DNA of 64,000 nucleotides. Origin: Trichomonas gallinae. Its lineage: Eukaryota. Positions within the stretch are counted from its first letter, which is position 1. The number at the start of each line of letters is the position of its first letter. Below are positions 22,524-33,275 of this stretch, piece by piece. The DNA is taken from NCBI GenBank assembly GCA_008369845.1, contig MRSU01010729.1, positions 1 to 64,000 of the forward strand. The letters are read 5' to 3'. The notes beneath the pieces were generated by a model. It made no database searches, was not told where the DNA came from, and saw nothing but the letters and a program-made list of their open reading frames with translations. The translations under genes and the position numbers were made by a program.

Positions 22524-23888
22524 ATGCATGATGATTATAAGGAATCATCTGAAAGCCAAACCAAAAAGAATCTTGATATTGATTCAGATTCACAATCAAA
22601 AATGGAATTCTTTCAATTATGTTGCAATGATCTTCGTCAAGCAATAATCGACAAAAATACAGACAAAATCAAAGAAATATTAACTAGTTTTGAACAAATA
22701 CCTGAAGAAGATTTTTCATTTTTATCTAAATTCATTTTAAGCGAGGAATACTTCGGAAATGTTGTCGAACTACTCGAAGCTATATCAAATTTTAATGATA
22801 TTGTCGATGAACACTGCTTCTTCATTTTATCTCAATTAATTTATGAAGGAACAGCATTAACAGACATAGATTTGATCAATCTGATATCAGCACAGTTGAT
22901 AAACACGCTTGATTCAATTCTAAAAACAAAAATTTATCCATCTTCAAATCCACACATGATAGGAATAGTTAAGAACTTTTTATGCGACAGGACAACATTC
23001 AAAATCACTTCATTGACATTTACACTCGATTTTGTTTGCAATTACATTAAATATTTATCAGATTTTCCTCAAGAAATCCAAACTGATACTTTCGTTAATA
23101 TTCTATGCTGCTTATGCGAATATTCGAAGAGATCAATCATTTCAGACGATTCTTACAAAATAATTCAAACTATTGCTGAAAATACTGAATTAATTGATTC
23201 CAACGAATGTTCTCAAGAATTATTCTTCATAACATGCCAAAATTTAGTTGATGCACAAGTATTTGACTCAGGATTAGCAAATAAATACGGAATTATCAGA
23301 ATTTCAAACGAATATCTTTATTCAAGCACTATTCGGGTCCAATCTGCTGCAGCAAGCTTCCTTCAAAGAATAGCAGCATGTGGTATGCTTCCTGAAACTT
23401 ATATTCCAGATTTTGATAAATTAATTGAACATATGTCAACAATCGATGAATCTTCATTATTTTCGAAGTTTGCTTTATTCCTTCAGCAAATTTCACTATC
23501 CCACATAGATAAATTCATATCTCACATTCCAAATCTCATCCAATTATTTAATCAAATATTTATGGAAGGAAAGAATGATATTGGACTAGTTTTTGCTGCT
23601 GTTATTAATTCACCAAATATAGACATGGAAATCTTCTTCACACCAGAAATTGTCAACATTTTTGTTGATCTTTTGGATTCAAATTTAAATTCTCCGTTTT
23701 TACAAAGTTATTTGACTGCGCTGATGAGTTTAAGAGCTTGGGCAGTGCAGAGCAATAGAGACGCTGACTGGTTCCAGTTTCTAGGTGAAAAAGCAGAAGA
23801 TATTGATGATTTAACTTATTCCAACGAATTAAGCCCAGAAAACATAGAAATTCTTAGTTTACTAATTGAAAATACCGAAGAAACATAG
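22524..23888 (+). CDS. Hypothetical alpha-helical (ARM/HEAT-like) protein
   Basis: 454-aa ATG ORF of amphipathic helices; fold is inferred. Confidence 0.75.
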   Translation: MHDDYKESSESQTKKNLDIDSDSQSKMEFFQLCCNDLRQAIIDKNTDKIKEILTSFEQIPEEDFSFLSKFILSEEYFGNVVELLEAISNFNDIVDEHCFFILSQLIYEGTALTDIDLINLISAQLINTLDSILKTKIYPSSNPHMIGIVKNFLCDRTTFKITSLTFTLDFVCNYIKYLSDFPQEIQTDTFVNILCCLCEYSKRSIISDDSYKIIQTIAENTELIDSNECSQELFFITCQNLVDAQVFDSGLANKYGIIRISNEYLYSSTIRVQSAAASFLQRIAACGMLPETYIPDFDKLIEHMSTIDESSLFSKFALFLQQISLSHIDKFISHIPNLIQLFNQIFMEGKNDIGLVFAAVINSPNIDMEIFFTPEIVNIFVDLLDSNLNSPFLQSYLTALMSLRAWAVQSNRDADWFQFLGEKAEDIDDLTYSNELSPENIEILSLLIENTEET

Positions 23889-24488
23889 CAAAACCTAATT
23901 TAATAAGACTATTTTTTAATATTTGATTACGAACCAAAATCAATTGAAATTATGCTTTTTAATACTTTTTCAAACTAATGAAAAGATTTTCAATGAATGA
24001 AGATCAAAATTATTTTATATGAAATTTTATTTTCTTTGCTTACTGAACATTTCCCAGAATTTTATATTTTTCAACTCATAAACATTGTTATTTTCAAATA
24101 AAATAAACATGATTTTTTCGTATATTCTCGCACAAATCTTTCAACGACAAACTTCACCATTCTATCAGCAAACAATTTTCATCTATTTATATTATCTAGA
24201 ACACAACAAATAGAACTATATCTCCTATATAGTCATTGATTAAATCATATACAAAATAAGAATAATTTATTTTTAAAATGATATATAATAAAAAAGCATT
24301 ATTTTTGCATAAATCGATAATATAACTAATGGATATGTTAAAACTATAAAAATTTCAATATGATAATGAAATCTAATAAAAATCATTAATTTTGTAAAAT
24401 ATCAGGAGTAAAAACTCTGAGTGTTATAAAAAAACTAAAAATTAAAACATTTAAAATTAAGAAATATTATTTGTAAAAAAACGTGACA

Positions 24489-26438
24489 ATGAGTTACACA
24501 GCTCCAACAAGTTTTCCTCCGAATTATTCGCAGCCGGAGAAGGAGATCCCGCAGATCGTGGACTACACTCCTCCAGATGAAATCTACGCAGAAATCATCA
24601 AACACCAGAACAGAATTAAAAATCTCGAGAAAACAATTGAACAGAGCCAAGAAAAAGCAAGAAAACTCAGTGTTGAGTGCATGAATATTATGGGTGCAGC
24701 AGAAGTTATTACTTTTGACTTGTTTTTACTCGACTTCATATTTGATGCTCGACAATTCGATGCTCATCAATATGATTCTCGCCAATTTGACTCCCGCCAG
24801 TTCGATTCTCGTCAGTTTGATGCTCGACAGTTTTCAATTCCAACTCCACTTCTTACATTCGCGAAGGAATGCGATTATGTTGCGCAAAGAACGAAAGTAG
24901 AGGAGCTAGCTAGCCATATCAATTATGTTTACCAGTCAATGGACACAGCAATCAGTCATATCTTCAGATCAGATTTCGATAGACCAAGCGCATCTTCTAT
25001 TTCCATCCTCCAGAAGAGTATTACACCAAGAGAATTCCAAGCTGGCGAAGAAATTATTGAACCATCTTTGTACGCTGACCTTCCGAAGGATTCACCGCAA
25101 CAAGAGGAGTCAACTATTGCTGTTCCACCAGAATTCGAGCAAAGATTGAAAACAATCCTTGAAGCAGAAGAATTGTCGGAAGAAATTTGTAAAATACGCG
25201 GAATAATCGGTGCAATTTCTCACAAATTAGCGGATATCGACAGTATTCGCGCACAAATCAAGGCTTTAAAGCCAAAAATTGCGGATCCAAATTCATTTTC
25301 AATTCAAGATTGTCCTCCAGAATCGATTTTGAACTCACCATTCTACAAAGCTGTCGAACAGAGATACCATTTCCTCAATTTAATCTCCAAATCTCTAAGA
25401 GATCAAACATCAATGATCAAAAGAGTAGATGAGGAGCTCGCTAAAGCACAAGAAAGGTTTAAATCGATCAAAGCAGCGGGTTCCAAAGTATTCGAGAAGT
25501 ATTCTGCCGTCAAGAAAAATTTAATTCGCGAATGCGGCGAACTACAGAATCAAATCTTGGATTTACAGGAGAAATATCATCCTTATACAGAAGCAATCTT
25601 CCCGAAGGACCCAGCAGCAAGATTCGACTCAATGCAACAAGATAATATCGCAGAATGGGATGAAATCGATAAACTCTTAAAAGACAAGATCGCGCAGACA
25701 GAAAAAGATAGCAATGACTACATCGAACTCTCCTCTGCCTACGAAATGTTCGAGCAACTAAGAGATATGAGAACAGAAATTTTCGAGGCGTGCAAAGTCT
25801 CTTCTGAGTCATCTCGCAAGTGGTTCTACTCACAGCAAGCGAACTTCAGCGCCATAGCAGACGTTACAAAGTCAGGAATGCAAATAGACGAATTTCAAAA
25901 TCAAACGAGAGACTTAAAGAAGCTCGAGAACCTTTATATCAGGTTTATTGAGACATTCCGCACATCAAATATCGAAAAATTCTGCCAAAACGTCTCAAAC
26001 TGCGCCAGACAACTTCAAGATGAAATTGCTGCTTCACAGTTAAGAGAAGAGATCGAAGAACAGACATCAGACGAACCAATAGACTATGAGAAGAAGTACA
26101 ACGACCTCTGCGCGGAAGAAGCAGCAATTGACGAAGAATTAATGCAAATCGAGGAGCAAATTCGTCACACAGAAGAAGAAAGGTTCATCCTCGCCAAGCA
26201 GAAGGATGTGTACAAGGATTTCTTCATCGCCAAACTCAATTTTATGGAAGAGAGAGAATACGAAAAGGCAAAGAAGATTCTTACTTGCCAACATTGCAGG
26301 AACAACCAGAGAAACTTGTACTTCCCGGACTGCCACCACGCGATATGCTCGGAATGCTTCCAGAAGACTGGAGGAGAGAACTGCCCAATCTGCGGACACC
26401 CAGTCAAAGAGAAATACCCGCTTTTCTTCCAGAAATAA
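24489..26438 (+). CDS. Coiled-coil protein with C-terminal C3HC4 RING (Bre1/RNF20-like architecture), putative E3 ligase
   Basis: LTCQHC..DCHHAICSEC..CPIC at the C-terminus after long heptad regions; first ATG at 24489. Confidence 0.82.
   Translation: MSYTAPTSFPPNYSQPEKEIPQIVDYTPPDEIYAEIIKHQNRIKNLEKTIEQSQEKARKLSVECMNIMGAAEVITFDLFLLDFIFDARQFDAHQYDSRQFDSRQFDSRQFDARQFSIPTPLLTFAKECDYVAQRTKVEELASHINYVYQSMDTAISHIFRSDFDRPSASSISILQKSITPREFQAGEEIIEPSLYADLPKDSPQQEESTIAVPPEFEQRLKTILEAEELSEEICKIRGIIGAISHKLADIDSIRAQIKALKPKIADPNSFSIQDCPPESILNSPFYKAVEQRYHFLNLISKSLRDQTSMIKRVDEELAKAQERFKSIKAAGSKVFEKYSAVKKNLIRECGELQNQILDLQEKYHPYTEAIFPKDPAARFDSMQQDNIAEWDEIDKLLKDKIAQTEKDSNDYIELSSAYEMFEQLRDMRTEIFEACKVSSESSRKWFYSQQANFSAIADVTKSGMQIDEFQNQTRDLKKLENLYIRFIETFRTSNIEKFCQNVSNCARQLQDEIAASQLREEIEEQTSDEPIDYEKKYNDLCAEEAAIDEELMQIEEQIRHTEEERFILAKQKDVYKDFFIAKLNFMEEREYEKAKKILTCQHCRNNQRNLYFPDCHHAICSECFQKTGGENCPICGHPVKEKYPLFFQK
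24741..24830 (+). repeat. Six 15-nt in-frame repeats encoding (F/Y)D(A/S)(R/H)Q
   Basis: TTTGATGCTCGACAA / TTCGATGCTCATCAA / TATGATTCTCGCCAA / TTTGACTCCCGCCAG / TTCGATTCTCGTCAG / TTTGATGCTCGACAG. Confidence 0.9.
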
Positions 26439-27021
26439 CTTATATATACATATATATTTTTGTCATTCTATTATAAAGATGTTTATTAATTATACATATT
26501 TCAAAAAAATACCTTCTTTCATGAAATATTTTTTATAATTTTTCTAGAAATATATCTATTCTTTGAGATTTATGAATTTTCTATATAAGTTCATATATAA
26601 CAAAATGCACATGTCAAACACATATATTTATTCATAAAAATATAAAATTTACATCCAAATCTCAGTTAATAATTCATTTTTCCTCATTTCTCAGCAATTA
26701 TATCCTATATTTGTAAATAATTATTCGTGTTTTCATAATGCAATCGAATAAACACAATAATTAATTGATATTTTACAAAATTGTAAAATTTCTAAGTAGA
26801 TCATTCAAGCCCTCAACCAGTGTAATAAATCTAAATTATTATTTTGATGATTTTGAATTTTGATAATAAAATAAACAAAAATAAGGTATATATATGGTAA
26901 AAAGTGAATCTATTTTATTACATATTATGTTTTTGCTATTAGTTAATGTTTTGGATGAATTACGAAGTTATTTCTAATTTTATGAAGAATTTTACTAAAA
27001 CAACAAATACAAATAACAGAT

Positions 27022-28179
27022 TTAGTCCCTCAGAGTGATTTCCTTCGCTCTCTCAAGCAAACCATTGAGGACGCCGAAAATTTCTGATTTGTCATCATCG
27101 CCGAAGTCTAAATTCAGATCCAGCGGCTTTTCGAATGCGTCTCCATCTATTCCAAGTATCGGCTGATTCTTAGGAGCTGTCTGTGTAGTTACTGGTCTGG
27201 TTGTTTGCGGTATTGTATCGGTCATTACTGAGATATTCTTCCTGGAATCTATTGCATTCTTCGCGATTTCAATTTTTTCTTTCAGGTCTGCAATTTGCTG
27301 TTCCTGTTGGTTTATGTGCTCATATATCTTGTCTACTTCGTCTTGAGACTCTGTTCTAGCTTTCTGGAACTTTGAACACTCTTCGCTCAAAACATTTTCT
27401 AATTCTCGCTGTTTTGCTAGTAATTGGTCTCTTTCTTCTGTTAATGCTTGTTTCTGCGATCTTCCTTGCTCTTCTCGTTCATTGTGTTCGATTTTGCCTT
27501 GTTTTTGAAGTAAAACAAATTGTTCTTTTAATTTTTCGTATTCTTCTCTTTCTTTAGTGCTTTTCTCTATTTCTACACTGATGGCTTCCCACTGGCTCTT
27601 TAAAACCTTCTGTTTCTTTAATGTTTGATTAAGAATTTCCAATTTTGCATAAAAGTTTGTTCTTTCATCGATTTCGCACTGCTTCTTCTGTCTACTCTTT
27701 TGCAGTCCGATTATTTTTGCCAAAAGTCCAGATAAATATGTTAATTGATTTAATTTTTCGTAAGGAATCTTAGAAACTAATTCTTGATCCTTTTCTTTGA
27801 TATATTGCTCTATAAGCTCTTTAGTCTGCAGATGCTTTTTCAGTGATTCAGCTGCTATGTTGAATTCTTGTTCGGAATTTTGTATTTTTTGAGAGATTTT
27901 ATCGCAGTTACTATTTATCATTTGTATTGAAGACTCAAGAGCTGATATTTCGTCTTGTGCATCTTGAATCTGCTTTGTTCGCAATTTTATTTCTTTTTGG
28001 ATGTTATTTGTATCGCATTTGAGCTGTTCTATTTCGATGTCCGTAGTCTGTGTCAATTTCTTATAATTTTCTTCTTCTTGTGCAAGATTCTGAGTCAAAA
28101 GGAAGCCTTGGAATCTCCACTTGTCGATCATTATTTTAAACGTGCACTTTTCATAAAATATTATCATTGGTTTGAGCAT
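27022..28179 (-). CDS. Hypothetical coiled-coil protein
   Basis: 385-aa E/K/Q-rich heptad ORF; start may instead be ATG 28131. Confidence 0.78.
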   Translation of the reverse strand: MLKPMIIFYEKCTFKIMIDKWRFQGFLLTQNLAQEEENYKKLTQTTDIEIEQLKCDTNNIQKEIKLRTKQIQDAQDEISALESSIQMINSNCDKISQKIQNSEQEFNIAAESLKKHLQTKELIEQYIKEKDQELVSKIPYEKLNQLTYLSGLLAKIIGLQKSRQKKQCEIDERTNFYAKLEILNQTLKKQKVLKSQWEAISVEIEKSTKEREEYEKLKEQFVLLQKQGKIEHNEREEQGRSQKQALTEERDQLLAKQRELENVLSEECSKFQKARTESQDEVDKIYEHINQQEQQIADLKEKIEIAKNAIDSRKNISVMTDTIPQTTRPVTTQTAPKNQPILGIDGDAFEKPLDLNLDFGDDDKSEIFGVLNGLLERAKEITLRD

Positions 28180-28843
28180 CGCATTGGATATATTTCACTT
28201 TTTACATTAAAACTATCCCAAAAATTTTAGATTTTTACGCAAAATATATCAAATCTCCATTTAATCATAATTTTATATCAAAATGCAATTATATAGATTA
28301 ATAATTTCACTTTTTGCATTAAGATATTCCTAAATTTTAAATATTTTCTGCAGAATAAAGAATTCTTTATTAAATCTCAATTATATTGCAAAATCTGAAC
28401 AAACATTCTAATAATTTCACTTTTTGCTAATATACTTTGTGTTAAAATTATTTAGAAATTGCAAAACATGAAAGGGATAATTTTTGTGAAAACTCAATGA
28501 AAAATTCTATGCATATAATTCAATTTTTGTCAATTTTATTTACACGACATTTTTCTCTCCATTTTTAATTTTTTAGATGTAATAAAGGAGTATTCATGAA
28601 ATGACTTAATGAATTATGACTGTTGCATTGCGATGGATATATAAATAGTCACAAAGTTGTTCTAATATTATAATATTTGATTGGTTAAATTTGACAAATT
28701 GACGAATATGTCACTTTTAGTCAAAATTCAATCTTTGGTTTAATTCGCCAAAAGAGAAACCATATGAAAACAATGATTAATTTCCATAAAAATGAGCCAA
28801 TTTTAAAATAATGTAGTTTATTTCAGCATCTTTTCATGCATGA

Positions 28844-29983
28844 ATAGGTATTTCATACAGGCTTGTTAACGAGAGCAAAGGTAATCCTAATGTTTTGCAT
28901 ATTGGAAATACGTATGAATTCCAGTATCCATGCGAATCTCGATCTGATTGCACCGATTATGAGGTTATATTACCAAAAGGCCTTTATACTTTTGAAGCAT
29001 ATGGTGCCAGTGGAGGAATACCATCAATGGATCATTGCTCCGCATATATCGATCCAATCACGAATCGATGTAATCAAACAATTGTTGATTTTTTTCGTGG
29101 TAATGCAAAATGTGATCCTTCCAAGTATTCTTCCGGCCCAGGAGGCTATGTTTCCTCTGTATTATATCTAGATAAGTCAATAAAAGCCTTTATAATGATT
29201 GGAGGTCAAGGGACTTACAAAGCTCCAGGTTTTTCTGGGGATGGTTTTGATAGAAAAGTTTACATCCCAGGAGGCTATGGTGGTGGAGGTCCTGCAAGAC
29301 CTTATTATTCCAATGAAGTCGCAATTGCATCAGGTGGAGGACGAACAGCTTTGATGCTTCTCGAAGATGACATCTTCCATTCCGTCCTTGTAGCAGGAGC
29401 AGGTGGTGGAAGTGATAACTATTCAGCCAATAATGATGGTAAGGCAGGAGCAGGAGGTGGTATTTCCGCCCAAAGCTTTTGGATTCAAGGAAAATACAAT
29501 CCTGATTTTGAATCAAATTCGAGCCACTTTTTTACATATGGAAATGGCGAAGCAGTAGTTCAAGGCCGGTCAAAACATCCAAATGGCTCAATACTTCAAA
29601 CTCACTCGACAGCCGAGTATGGAGGAGCTGGTGGTGGATGGTTTGGAGGCTTTGCTTCTTATTTTAATAATGGTGGCTCGGGAGGCGGGTCGAGTTTTGC
29701 CCTGACAAAAAATGCCGAAATTCCATCATCAATGACTGTTTATGATAATTTTTATGAGAATCCTATTACAGATAATTATGCATTCACAAAAACCAGCAAG
29801 TATTTGATGACTGATGTTGTTCACGCGCCAGGAATCTGGTTTGGCAACGGATTATTTCGAATAACTGTTAATTCTATTGCTAATATAGGATGTAATGATT
29901 TATCATGTCAACTCACATCATATAATCTGCTCTATTCCATTCTCAGAGCAAATCTTTACATCGAGATAAATTTGAGTTTATAA
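28844..29983 (+). CDS. Glycine-rich protein (ALK/LTK-like Gly-rich domain, 'PE-PGRS-like' family); start codon apparently out of frame
   Basis: YTFEAYGASGG, GPGGYVS, GGYGGGG, SGGGRT, VAGAGGG, GGAGGGWFGG, GSGGGSSF; frame open from 28844 after TGA 28841. Confidence 0.72.
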   Translation: MGISYRLVNESKGNPNVLHIGNTYEFQYPCESRSDCTDYEVILPKGLYTFEAYGASGGIPSMDHCSAYIDPITNRCNQTIVDFFRGNAKCDPSKYSSGPGGYVSSVLYLDKSIKAFIMIGGQGTYKAPGFSGDGFDRKVYIPGGYGGGGPARPYYSNEVAIASGGGRTALMLLEDDIFHSVLVAGAGGGSDNYSANNDGKAGAGGGISAQSFWIQGKYNPDFESNSSHFFTYGNGEAVVQGRSKHPNGSILQTHSTAEYGGAGGGWFGGFASYFNNGGSGGGSSFALTKNAEIPSSMTVYDNFYENPITDNYAFTKTSKYLMTDVVHAPGIWFGNGLFRITVNSIANIGCNDLSCQLTSYNLLYSILRANLYIEINLSL

Positions 29984-30221
29984 AAATGTAAATCTAATAC
30001 TAAAAAACCACTAAATTTTCTCAGAATTGATGTTTAATCACTTAGTATTTATCCAATAAGTATATTATTTATCATCAAATCCAAAAATAAGCGTTTGAGT
30101 TCATAGATTAGTGTATTTTACTTAATAGTGATCATATTTGGTAAATTTAAATAATAAATAGTTTAAATCAATAAAACAAAAATTCAAAATATAATTACAA
30201 ACAACAAAAACAAGTAAAATT

Positions 30222-31460
30222 TTAATGACCATCTTCCTCCTCATCATCTGTGTAATATTCATATTCATATTCGATCTCTTCTTCAGGATGTTTATTAGCA
30301 GTTTCTTCCTTTGGCGGAGTATGTTCAGGTTCTTTAGGTGCTTCAACATGTTTAGGCTCTTGATTCGTCTCAACATGTTCAGGCTCATTGTTGACTTCTT
30401 CAGGCTCAGTTACAGTGATATTTTTTTCTTGTGAGTCATCTGCAGGCTCATATTGCTCTTCTTCTTCCTCCTGATAAGGTTCTTCTGTAATAGGCGTCTC
30501 GTATTTGGCTGTAACACCATACAAAAAGATCTTCTTGACTTTCTTCTGCTTTTGTTTCCTCTTTGCCTGTTTGAGGAGGTTCTGTAGTTCAATGATTCTG
30601 TAGTCGAATTGTTTTTGACGTTTAATCAGTTCTACACGCTTAGCAGAATTATTATATTCGTAAGATGAGAGTTTTCTCTTAAGAGACTCAGCTTTGTTCG
30701 CCAATGTAGTGATTTGAGGCTGTTCATCAAGTAAATCGTCGTTTCTTTTAATATATTCGTCTTCAATGTCCAGAAGTTTGTCTAACTCCTCGCGAAGTGC
30801 ATGAATCTTGTCTTGTTGTTCTATAATACGCGATGTTTCTTCTGATGACGTAATAGCATCAAGTTGAGAAATAACTTTTTCTAATTTGTAGTTAGATGTG
30901 TCCAACGATTGCGTTAATTCCTCTATTTGCTCCTGATACTCTTGTATCTGGTCCTCTAAGCGCAATTTATTGGCTTCGCAATAAATTCTTCGTAATTGAG
31001 CGATTTGTGAGCATGCTTCTTCGTATTCTATCTGACTTTTCTTTACCATTTGCGCGAAATCGATTCTTTTGTTCTCATTGTAACGAGGAGAATCAAACGA
31101 ATATTCATCTCTTGGACTACGTGGAGATCTTGGCGATGAATTATGATGAGGTGTTGTTGATGGTGTAGCTGGTTCTTCTGCTTGCTTCAGTTTTTCGTAT
31201 TGCTGCTTTAATGGCAACATTTCTTTCTGAATGTTCGAAATATCATACATTAATAGTCTTCTTTGCTGGTCCAGGTACTCTGGAGAAAGAAATTCTTGCG
31301 CTTCATACGATTTTGGTTCGTTCGACATCTGATTTTTGAGAAATGCGCGGCGAACCATTGGATCTAGAGGCTTTCTACGCGGCGCATGCTCTGAGGAGTC
31401 AAGGGAGGGTGGGAAAAGACGTGAATTAATGATGGGACGAATTCGTGGACGCGTAGACAT
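30222..31460 (-). CDS. Hypothetical coiled-coil protein with EPxHVE repeats and an acidic YEYEYY tail
   Basis: 412-aa ATG ORF. Confidence 0.8.
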   Translation of the reverse strand: MSTRPRIRPIINSRLFPPSLDSSEHAPRRKPLDPMVRRAFLKNQMSNEPKSYEAQEFLSPEYLDQQRRLLMYDISNIQKEMLPLKQQYEKLKQAEEPATPSTTPHHNSSPRSPRSPRDEYSFDSPRYNENKRIDFAQMVKKSQIEYEEACSQIAQLRRIYCEANKLRLEDQIQEYQEQIEELTQSLDTSNYKLEKVISQLDAITSSEETSRIIEQQDKIHALREELDKLLDIEDEYIKRNDDLLDEQPQITTLANKAESLKRKLSSYEYNNSAKRVELIKRQKQFDYRIIELQNLLKQAKRKQKQKKVKKIFLYGVTAKYETPITEEPYQEEEEEQYEPADDSQEKNITVTEPEEVNNEPEHVETNQEPKHVEAPKEPEHTPPKEETANKHPEEEIEYEYEYYTDDEEEDGH

Positions 31461-31970
31461 TTTTTCTAGAAAAATATCAACGTTTTTTTTGCAAAAATTT
31501 ACAAAAATTTATTTTTCGTTACAAACAGCACAAACATACTCATTACATGTAAAATCGAAATATTCTCAAAAAACCTTATGTTACCATATGAATATTTCAA
31601 TTTCTCGATTTGATCCTTTCAAATATCTGTTTTTGAGCTTATTCATATTCACAATTTCCATATTTACATCATACCAAATAATATATTTCTTTTTCAGTTT
31701 CCAAATTTAATTTGATATTTAATTTTGATATATCTTCATCATTATATTGTAGACATAAGAGTTTGATATTTGGAATAGAATATAATTTATATGTAGCATC
31801 TAATGAATGCTTAAAATCATGTTTTTCTTGAATGTTTGCCTTTGATAATTAATATTTAGGAAAGAGTATATCGAGAATCAATGATATTACAAGTTGAATA
31901 TAAGAGTATTGAAGGGATAGGATAGAAAAATAGATTTATTACAAACAAAGAAAGAAATATATAATCCAAT

Positions 31971-33275
31971 TCAAATTATTCCGACAAATTTTTGTTTTGC
32001 TAATGCAATATAGACCAAACATTGCTCAAGTGTTGGCAGTGGACGTGCAAAGAACGTATAGAAAGGAGAATGAGCAATTGTGTCGCGATTGAGCACAAAT
32101 AGCCTAACGATTACATCTGCTATAGGAAGACTCAAATCATTGGCAAAATCCATTCCATTGTTGAACATCTTCCTTTGGATGAATATACGGATCTTAGAGA
32201 AGATAAAATCAACAATGTATAAGTATACAAATAAGTCTGGAATAACTGTTGGTCCAATGTTTTTCAGCCTGACTTTGCGAGAAACATTGTTTAATATTGA
32301 TTGAATGAAAAAAGGAATCATCATAACTTCAAAAATATAGGTTAATAGAGTTAAAACGCCTTCTTGGCTGTTAGATCTGTACTGATATACAGACAAAATC
32401 GCACTTAGTTGATCATTATTGAATGCATTGATTATATTATCTGAAATCACTACTGTTTTAGATACTAATCCTTGCAGTCCAATGGTCAATTTAGTGCTTG
32501 TTGACGATTCCATATTAATGACAGGATTTTTGAATGTTAATCCGTGAATAAAGTACAATTCTGTAAAAGATTTCGTTAATTTAGCATTAGGTTGGACTGT
32601 ATCACTCTTTATCCATATTGTCTTGACGAAAAATCCAATAGTGAAAAGAATTGATACAATAATTACGTAATATAAGTTGAGAATTTCATTTATCGATATG
32701 TTAGTGCAACCTGCCTCCTTTTCAGGTGGTGTCCCGCTATATTGTAAGAAATCATTGCTATTTTCTGAAACATCAGTATCGAGAACAACAGTTTCATCAT
32801 TGATATTCGCGATTGTTTTAGAAATGAAATCGAAGAATGATATCAAAAAGAAAGCACTCAGTAAAATGATGAATTGCGATAGCAATTCTTCGCAAACAAA
32901 TAATGTGAGGGGCTTTCGATTGAATCCGTGACGCGCATCCACCCAAAATATCTGCCATAGTGAAAAGGGGAATGATGTAAATAACCAGTGTGATAAAATT
33001 AAGTAAAAAGCCAATTGATAATCGTTTTTAATCGGCTTTATTAACGGCTTGTTAAATACATATAGCAGGTAGTAATAGGCGGTTGTAGTTATACTTTGGA
33101 TAAGACATACAATGGTCGTTTCCCTGGGATAATTAAAATGTTGGATGTCTTGGCCATTAAATACAGCCCATTTGTACTGCGAGTTTATGTGAAGCAGTTC
33201 AGATCCATATATACAGAAATTAAGACATGCAATAAGAATAAGAATGATCGAAACGAAAGCATTTCGTTCTCTCAT
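31971..33275 (-). CDS. Ste24/ZMPSTE24 (peptidase M48)-like multi-pass membrane protein lacking HExxH
   Basis: FPFSLWQIFWVDARHGFNRKPL matches the Ste24 N-domain signature LPFxxYxxFxIExxHGFNKxT; SKTVVISDNII..DQLSAIL and PTLEQC occupy M48 positions. Confidence 0.68.
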   Translation of the reverse strand: MRERNAFVSIILILIACLNFCIYGSELLHINSQYKWAVFNGQDIQHFNYPRETTIVCLIQSITTTAYYYLLYVFNKPLIKPIKNDYQLAFYLILSHWLFTSFPFSLWQIFWVDARHGFNRKPLTLFVCEELLSQFIILLSAFFLISFFDFISKTIANINDETVVLDTDVSENSNDFLQYSGTPPEKEAGCTNISINEILNLYYVIIVSILFTIGFFVKTIWIKSDTVQPNAKLTKSFTELYFIHGLTFKNPVINMESSTSTKLTIGLQGLVSKTVVISDNIINAFNNDQLSAILSVYQYRSNSQEGVLTLLTYIFEVMMIPFFIQSILNNVSRKVRLKNIGPTVIPDLFVYLYIVDFIFSKIRIFIQRKMFNNGMDFANDLSLPIADVIVRLFVLNRDTIAHSPFYTFFARPLPTLEQCLVYIALAKQKFVGII

